Source of the DNA: Hypanus sabinus
Lineage: Eukaryota
Reading direction: 5' to 3'
Length of the DNA: 64,000 nt
Assembly (NCBI RefSeq): GCF_030144855.1
Contig: NC_082706.1
Coordinates: 113,832,001-113,896,000 of the forward strand
The notes under the pieces are model-generated. The model did not search any database and was not told the origin of the DNA. It saw only the letters and a list, made by a program, of their open reading frames with translations. Position numbers and translations under genes: made by a program. Position 1 is the first letter of the stretch; every line of letters begins with the position of its first letter. Shown here piece after piece: positions 61,301 through 64,000 of this stretch.

Positions 61301-64000
61301 GTGTTCTATAGGGCTTAGTGTTGGGACTACATTTTTTCACATTATATGTCAATGATTTAGAAGACAGAATTGGCATTCAATATAATGATATGTGGAGGGG
61401 CAGGTAGTGTTGAGGAAAAGGGGAGTCTGCAGATGGACTTAGATTAGGAGAATGGACAAAGAAGTGGCAGATGGAAGATAGTATATGAAATGTACAGTCA
61501 TGTACTTTGGTGGAAGGAATAAAGATGTAGACTATTTTCTAAATGGTGAGAAAATTCAAACATCAGAGGTGTAGAAGGACCTTGGGAGTCCTTGTGAAGG
61601 ATTCACTAAAGGTTAACGTATAAGTTGGGCCAGTAGTAAGGAAGCCAAATGCAGTGTTAGCATTCATTTTGAAAAAGCTAGAATATAAGAGCAAGGGTGT
61701 GATGTTGAGGCTCTATAAGGCATTCACCAGACCACACTTGGAGCATTGTGAACAGTTCTGGACCCCTTAACTAAGAAAAGATGCATGGCATTAGAGATGG
61801 TCCTGAGGAACTTCATGAGAAATATTCCAGTAATGAAAGGGTTAACGTGTGATTAGCGTTTTATGGCTCTGTGTGTGTACTCACTGGAGTTTAGAGGAGT
61901 GAGGGGAGATCGCTTTGAAAATCTCATACATTGAAAGGCCTAGATAGAGTGGACGTGGAGAGGATAATTCCTATAGTGGGTGAGTCTAGGACAATAGGGC
62001 GTGACCTCAGAATAGAGGGACATCAATTTAGAACGGGGATGAGGAGGAAATTTGAATCTGTGGAGGCAAAGTCATCGAGTATAATTAAAGAGGAGGTTAG
62101 TAGGTTCTTGATTAGTCGGAGCGACAAAGGTTACAGATAGAAGGCAGGAGAATGGTGTGAGAGGGATAATAAATCAGCCATGATGGAATGGCAGAGCAGA
62201 CTCGATCAGCTGAGTGGCCTAATTCTATTCCTTTGTTTTGTGGTCTCATGAACGTTTACTGGACTGTGCATTCTCGAGCATGTACGTGCACATTTGACTA
62301 GGTATCTGTGTGTGTGCGTGTCTGTATAAGTATCAACTGAACTCACTGAAACATTTCAAAATAATGTAGTGATTCAAACTAAAACTAATAATGAGCTATA
62401 TCTATAATTTATTAATCCTTCTAAGTCAGGTTTTAATCTGATGGTTTGATATTTAAGAGGGTTGCGGATGAACCACTGGTGATATATTTCTGTATCAGTA
62501 TTGTGTGGGTGGGTGGGTGGAGTGGAGAGGGGTCGAGGCGCTATCAGAGTAGCTTGGAACATGATGCCATTTCTGTAGAAGGTACTCACCACAGCCACTG
62601 GTGGTGAGATGGAATGAATGTTTATGGCAGTTGATGATGTGGCCTGCTTTGTTTTTGAGGATGTTGAGTTTCCTGAGTATTGTTACTCATTGGACCAACA
62701 TAAAAACTTAAGAAAATTCGAGCAGGAGTTAGGCCACTCAGTTTCTCATATGTGCCCCAGCATTCAATATAATTGTGGCAGATTTCATATAGACCTCATC
62801 TCCCCTTTACCAAGATGCTGAATGGCATGGAATGTTTCACTTATGAGGAGACACTGCAGAGGATAAGTTTGTTTTCTCTTGACCATTGGAGGTTAAGGGG
62901 TAACATAAATGAGGTGTATAAAACTCTGAGAGCTATAGGTAGTGTAGACTAAAAAAAAATTCCCCATACTGGAGACAGATAGAACTAGAAGATTTAGGAT
63001 AAGGGTGTAGAAGATTCAGAGGAGATCCAAGGGTTTAATCCAGAGTGGTGAGTGCTTGAAGTCCACTGCCTAGGAGGGTGGTAAAAAGAAACACGAGGCA
63101 TCTGGATAAACACCTGAATCACTTAAGCATAGAAGGTTATGGGCCAAGTGCGAGAAGATGGAATAAATCAGAAATGGGTACCCACTCAACAGTGTGGACA
63201 TGGTGAGCCAGGGGGCCCTTTTCTATGCTGTTTAACTCTGTAACTGTACTGTATCATTTCCCTAGAGCCATAAAATTCCTAGTCTTTTTATAAAAAATGT
63301 TCTTTCTCTTTAAGTACTCACATTGATCTGCCTGCTCAACCCTCTTGGGTAGAGATTATTCTATCACAGTCCTGACTTTTGCCATGAGGTTGGCAGAATC
63401 TCCTATGGTATATAAAGCCTTGAACACTACTTAATTATTTCTTTTTTCTGTATTTGTTTGTAATTTACAGTTTTTTTAATGTCTTTGAAACCTGTTCCTT
63501 TGGTGCTATTTGTAACTCCAATCACTGGAGTGCTTTGCCTTCAATCCCCATTGATTTCAGTTTTACCAGCCAATCTGTTACACACATTTGGACAATTGCT
63601 TTGATGCCAAGGGTAGTCACTCTTAATTTACTCCTTGAATTCAATTTCATGGTTCATGTCTGGACTGAAGTTGTCATGTGGTCCTGTCAAACTCATTCTA
63701 GTGCATCAGTGAATAAGTAGGTATTGGCCCATTGACACACTGTCGTCTCCCCACTGATGAGTGAAGGCAGACTGACTGGATACTGAATAGCTGGTTTGAA
63801 TTTATCGTGATAGTGACGGAGCAGAACTGAACAAAAAGACCAAGAAAACAAAGAAGCTAATAAAATGGAAAGTGTGCTTTCATAGATGGATCTCTTCTTA
63901 AATACTGTTGGTCTTCTTTTCCTCATCATGAATATTTTCTCCAAACTCACAATCAGGTGGCGAGGGGATTATGGAGGCAAAAAGCAGCTGTGGTTTCCAG
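7267..64000 (+). CDS. PLCG1-like: Phospholipase C gamma (1-phosphatidylinositol 4,5-bisphosphate phosphodiesterase gamma-1-like); partial spliced gene, 18 exons in window, open at both ends
   Basis: The 18 GT-AG exons join in one open frame. Motifs seen: [39 protein letters not shown] (X box), two FLVR SH2 motifs, [15 protein letters not shown] and GGWWRGDYGG (SH3). Exon sizes and phases match the PLCG1 pattern as recalled. Confidence 0.97.
7814..8260 (-). mobile_element. CR1 LINE 3' fragment nested in an older CR1 (~7742-8570)
   Basis: ORF 7943-8305 reads [29 protein letters not shown]...[12 protein letters not shown]; cataagatatagg tail. Confidence 0.85.
8615..9875 (+). mobile_element. Rex1/Babar-clade LINE, 5'-truncated and degenerate
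   Basis: [31 protein letters not shown] and [30 protein letters not shown] are typical of the Rex1/Babar RT and C-terminus. Confidence 0.85.
10030..10210. mobile_element. Palindromic MITE-like element built from two inverted PLE termini
   Basis: Left arm aaaatgctggaggaaccagcaggtcaggcagcatc...gagtcga is the reverse complement of right arm ttgactc...gatgatgtctgatctgctgttcctccagcacttg. Confidence 0.75.
11185..11660 (-). mobile_element. Old CR1 LINE fragment
   Basis: gaattccatggattcaccattttc and other CR1 3' motifs in reverse orientation. Confidence 0.55.
11770..12100 (+). mobile_element. CR1 LINE 3' fragment
   Basis: agaactaggaggccataattttagagt...gtacatggatgaggg...tctgtgctgtattacactatga. Confidence 0.65.
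12848..12928 (+). CDS. PLCG1-like: PLC-gamma exon (~exon 6, 81 nt): [27 protein letters not shown]
   Basis: Boundaries gacag|gaa and tca|gtgagt; phase 0/0; similar to PLCG1 DITYGQFAQLYRSLMYSAQK. Confidence 0.92.
14232..14932 (+). mobile_element. Rex1/Babar-clade LINE 3' fragment
   Basis: aacttctgtagctgtgttgttgagagtatattaactggttgcatcgcagcctggtatggaaac encodes (F)[19 protein letters not shown]; ends ataataaattcactttgaacttt. Confidence 0.8.
16104..16138 (+). CDS. PLCG1-like: PLC-gamma micro-exon (~exon 7, 35 nt): [11 protein letters not shown](R)
   Basis: Boundaries tacag|gta and aag|gtaagg. A 35-nt exon restores the frame between the phase-0 and phase-2 neighbours, and a T-rich tract lies upstream. 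Confidence 0.88.
16824..16896 (+). CDS. PLCG1-like: PLC-gamma exon (~exon 8, 73 nt): [24 protein letters not shown]
   Basis: Boundaries cacag|g and aag|gtaagc; ERPELC motif shared with PLCG1. Confidence 0.95.
16940..17145 (+). mobile_element. CR1 LINE 3' end
   Basis: [24 protein letters not shown] followed by the tail ctgttctatgttctg. Confidence 0.7.
18454..18555 (+). CDS. PLCG1-like: PLC-gamma exon (~exon 9, 102 nt): [34 protein letters not shown]
   Basis: Boundaries cttag|gaa and gag|gtagat; DPLRE...LDE motif. Confidence 0.94.
19418..20140 (-). repeat. Unclassified interspersed repeat with a Rex/Babar-like 3' tail
   Basis: 19420-19560 resembles 50745-50860 (gtcattcaa...cagggccaaagtgcaaaacacagt). 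The body is not recognised. Confidence 0.45.
21361..22602 (+). mobile_element. CR1 LINE, 5'-truncated (RT C-half and 3' UTR)
   Basis: [19 protein letters not shown] and KYADET motifs; ORF 21713-22345 [19 protein letters not shown]...[17 protein letters not shown]; tail (atggttat)n. Confidence 0.95.
22728..22856 (-). mobile_element. Old PLE terminal fragment with partial hammerhead core (CUGAUGA retained)
   Basis: gtagatgctggac...aaaatgctgaaaattcacagcagttcagccagca...cttcatcagt. Confidence 0.6.
22900..23598 (-). mobile_element. Penelope-like element 3' part (GIY-YIG C-terminus and terminus); left arm of an inverted pair
   Basis: ORF 23231-23461 [37 protein letters not shown]...[24 protein letters not shown] is homologous to the PLE at 51030-53040. 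Confidence 0.9.
23599..24450 (+). mobile_element. Penelope-like element 3' part (Zn finger, GIY-YIG and terminus); right arm of an inverted pair
   Basis: [33 protein letters not shown]; ends with the same terminus as 22900-23000 in opposite orientation. Confidence 0.9.
24788..24906 (+). CDS. PLCG1-like: PLC-gamma exon (~exon 10, 119 nt): [39 protein letters not shown](T), start of X box
   Basis: Boundaries tttag|ttc and ac|gttaag; includes the catalytic His of SSHNT. Confidence 0.97.
26078..26163 (+). CDS. PLCG1-like: PLC-gamma exon (~exon 11, 86 nt): [28 protein letters not shown](L)
   Basis: Boundaries tccag|g and c|gtaaac; essentially identical to the PLCG1 X box. Confidence 0.98.
27032..27152 (+). 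CDS. PLCG1-like: PLC-gamma exon (~exon 12, 121 nt): [39 protein letters not shown](E)
   Basis: Boundaries tgcag|tg and ga|gtaagt; second catalytic His (YHGHT). Confidence 0.98.
28370..28538 (+). CDS. PLCG1-like: PLC-gamma exon (~exon 13, 169 nt): [56 protein letters not shown]
   Basis: Boundaries tccag|g and aag|gtagtt; end of X box. Confidence 0.98.
28655..32300 (-). mobile_element. Older, long CR1 LINE (endonuclease to 3' end), interrupted by a younger CR1 at ~30542-31648
   Basis: Minus-strand fragments [34 protein letters not shown] and [14 protein letters not shown]; CR1 homology resumes after about 31650. Confidence 0.85.
30542..31648 (-). mobile_element. Younger CR1 LINE nested in a CR1
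   Basis: Tail (ccataaga)n at 30542; ORF 30748-31167 [24 protein letters not shown]...[12 protein letters not shown]; [12 protein letters not shown]. Confidence 0.93.
32553..32760 (-). mobile_element. tRNA-derived SINE with intact Pol III boxes
   Basis: On the minus strand: A box TGGTGTAGTGG (32742-32752), B box GGTTCGAATCC (32698-32708), and a (CAA)n-like tail. Confidence 0.85.
33197..33440 (-). mobile_element. CR1 LINE 3' end
   Basis: cataagacac...ccccaatgacttggcctcc...tgtggcaatgaattcc; homologous to 30545-30800. Confidence 0.8.
33730..34840 (+). mobile_element. Degenerate CR1 LINE RT region
   Basis: [28 protein letters not shown] and other RT remnants. Confidence 0.8.
34950..35610 (+). 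mobile_element. Very old CR1 LINE 3' fragment
   Basis: tttctaaatggtga...caaagttttcaaggtattaagagg...aaatggcctattcct. Confidence 0.55.
35779..35898 (+). CDS. PLCG1-like: PLC-gamma exon (~exon 14, 120 nt): [40 protein letters not shown]
   Basis: Boundaries taaag|cac (AAG acceptor) and cat|gtgagt; [20 protein letters not shown] as in PLCG1; start of split PH. Confidence 0.96.
36678..36872 (-). mobile_element. V-SINE-like fragment, 5'-truncated, ending about 40 nt upstream of the exon 15 acceptor
   Basis: V-domain gtatgtctttaagaatgtgggaggaaactggagcac; tail gctttatttgtcacatgtacattgaaa. Confidence 0.7.
36914..37021 (+). CDS. PLCG1-like: PLC-gamma exon (~exon 15, 108 nt): [36 protein letters not shown]
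   Basis: Boundaries tgcag|aat and gag|gtttgc; N-terminal half of split PH. Confidence 0.96.
37322..39320 (-). mobile_element. CR1 LINE (~2 kb, RT and 3' end) inserted in an older + strand CR1 (~37262-39760)
   Basis: ORF 38205-38966 [16 protein letters not shown]...[14 protein letters not shown]...YMDFSKAFD...VPQGSVLG; ORFs 37898-38182 and 37320-37700. Both flanks show + strand CR1 RT sequence. Confidence 0.95.
40257..43579 (-). mobile_element. Tc1-family DNA transposon with IR/DR termini (~210-bp TIRs) and TA target duplication; transposase pseudogene interrupted by a CR1
   Basis: Ends TA|CAGTGGCATGCAAAAGTTTGGGCACCCC and GGGGTGCCCAGGCTTTTGCATGCCTCTG|TA. Inner DRs at ~40446-40463 and ~43368-43388. 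Transposase pieces: MGSSKQLP...[40 protein letters not shown]. Confidence 0.96.
41073..42750 (-). mobile_element. CR1 LINE inserted in the Tc1 transposase ORF
   Basis: ORF 41858-42442 [22 protein letters not shown]...YMDFSKAFD...KFADDTK; tail tagaaccatagacc at the left junction. Confidence 0.95.
43931..44118 (+). CDS. PLCG1-like: PLC-gamma exon (~exon 16, 188 nt): nSH2 first half, [62 protein letters not shown](W)
   Basis: Boundaries atcag|gaa and tg|gtaggt; FLVRES motif. Confidence 0.98.
44240..44814 (+). mobile_element. Rex1/Babar-clade LINE 3' fragment, same family as 8615-9875
   Basis: gtcaaaactgccc...acccatcctgctcatggactg...aagcagtaaggctgatcaac shared with 9430-9640; tail tcttgaatcttgaa. 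Confidence 0.8.
45477..45770. mobile_element. Mariner-type non-autonomous element (MITE) with an internally repeated TIR and a damaged right end
   Basis: TA|TGAGGGGTGATTGATAAGTTCATGGCCTATGGTAGAAGG, repeated at ~45636-45673; partial inverted copy (ccttcta/tcaat) at ~45760-45770. Confidence 0.6.
46335..48197 (+). mobile_element. CR1 LINE with ORF1 esterase remnant, APE endonuclease remnant, a large internal deletion and RT C-terminus
   Basis: gtggtgattggggattagttagttagg (VVIGD*LVR, GDSL-like); [11 protein letters not shown]; [11 protein letters not shown]; ORF 47612-47794 jumps from ELKVKEPLG to [20 protein letters not shown]. Confidence 0.85.
48198..49973 (+). mobile_element. L1-clade LINE, 5'-truncated ORF2 C-terminal half with 3' UTR and poly(A) signal
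   Basis: [31 protein letters not shown], cysteine-rich [20 protein letters not shown]; AATAAA at 49950 and an A-rich end. Confidence 0.93.
50321..50521 (+). CDS. PLCG1-like: PLC-gamma exon (~exon 17, 201 nt): nSH2 second half, [66 protein letters not shown](E)
   Basis: Boundaries tacag|g and ga|gtgagt. Confidence 0.98.
50745..50960 (-). repeat. Interspersed repeat 3' end with a Rex/Babar-like tail
   Basis: Similar to 19420-19560. Confidence 0.45.
51030..53040 (-). mobile_element. Penelope-like retroelement (RT and GIY-YIG endonuclease), 5'-truncated and frameshifted
   Basis: [101 protein letters not shown]. Confidence 0.96.
51126..51161 (-). ncRNA. Minimal type I hammerhead ribozyme motif in the PLE terminus
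   Basis: Minus-strand RNA AGUC-CUGACGA-AGGGUUUUGACUU-GAAAC-GUU-GACU: helix I AGUC/GACU, both core boxes intact, palindromic AACGUU in place of helix III. Confidence 0.8.
53446..53565 (+). CDS. PLCG1-like: PLC-gamma exon (~exon 18, 120 nt): cSH2 first half, [39 protein letters not shown](R)
   Basis: Boundaries tttag|g and cg|gtgagt. Confidence 0.98.
54344..55630 (-). mobile_element. CR1 LINE, 5'-truncated (RT to 3' end)
   Basis: ORF 55160-55663 [19 protein letters not shown]...[10 protein letters not shown]...KFADDTK; tail (cataagaa)n. Confidence 0.95.
55813..55996 (+). CDS. PLCG1-like: PLC-gamma exon (~exon 19, 184 nt): cSH2 second half, [61 protein letters not shown]
   Basis: Boundaries tccag|g and aca|gtaagt. 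Confidence 0.98.
56901..57080. mobile_element. Palindromic PLE-terminus element with a central hammerhead-like motif (56956-56982, minus strand)
   Basis: caacaaacaatc...actcagcgggtc...tgtggga is inverted to tcccacag...gatctgctgagt...gattgtttgttg. The centre reads CUGAUGC-AGCGUUUUGACUC-GAAAC-GUA on the minus strand. Confidence 0.75.
57120..57197 (+). CDS. PLCG1-like: PLC-gamma exon (~exon 20, 78 nt): cSH2-SH3 linker [26 protein letters not shown]
   Basis: Boundaries tccag|gaa and agg|gtaaga; the three tyrosines correspond to PLCG1 Y771/Y775/Y783. Confidence 0.96.
57698..57760 (+). mobile_element. Short PLE terminal fragment
   Basis: ccattgatgctgcctgatctgctgggttccctcagcattttgtgt. Confidence 0.65.
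57846..57949 (+). CDS. PLCG1-like: PLC-gamma exon (~exon 21, 104 nt): SH3 [34 protein letters not shown](W)
   Basis: Boundaries tctag|tgc and tg|gtgagt; ALYDY SH3 motif. Confidence 0.98.
59030..62250 (+). mobile_element. Long degenerate CR1 LINE (endonuclease, RT, 3' UTR) carrying a SINE insertion
   Basis: [33 protein letters not shown]...[35 protein letters not shown]. Confidence 0.92.
59824..60102 (-). mobile_element. V-SINE-like tRNA-derived SINE inserted in a CR1
   Basis: Minus-strand A box TAATGTAGTGG, B box AGTTCAATTCC, V-domain ctccggatgctccagtttcctcccacagtccaaagatgtac. Confidence 0.8.
62815..63242 (+). mobile_element. Old CR1 LINE 3' fragment
   Basis: cacttatgaggagacactgcagaggataagtttgttttctctt...tatgctgtttaactctg. 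Confidence 0.7.
63957..64000 (+). CDS. PLCG1-like: PLC-gamma exon (~exon 22, cut by window end): SH3 [14 protein letters not shown]
   Basis: Acceptor atcag|g; matches PLCG1 [15 protein letters not shown]. Confidence 0.97.
   Translation, partial: MARGLWRQKAAVVS

Overview
Vertebrate genomic DNA, not prokaryotic. The repeat content (CR1-type LINEs, V-SINEs, Penelope-like elements) points to a cartilaginous fish, probably a ray; this is inference. The + strand carries 18 consecutive coding exons of a phospholipase C gamma gene, equivalent to human PLCG1 exons about 5-22 (EF-hand region, catalytic X box, split PH, nSH2, cSH2, start of SH3). All introns are GT-AG and the spliced frame stays open (2018 nt, about 672 codons). 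The gene runs off both ends of the window. The protein mixes PLCG1-type and PLCG2-type residues and may be a third vertebrate PLC-gamma paralog. The introns are densely filled with transposable elements, often nested: CR1 LINEs, Rex1/Babar LINEs, an L1-clade LINE, tRNA-derived SINEs, an IR/DR Tc1 transposon split by a CR1, a mariner-type MITE, and Penelope-like elements (PLEs). The least expected signal is a set of PLE termini carrying minimal type I hammerhead ribozyme motifs. One motif has an intact core (51126-51161, minus strand). Several termini form inverted-repeat hairpins from about 150 bp to 1.5 kb. Exon coordinates were read base by base. Repeat boundaries are approximate, and comparisons to human proteins and repeat consensuses are from memory, not from a database search.
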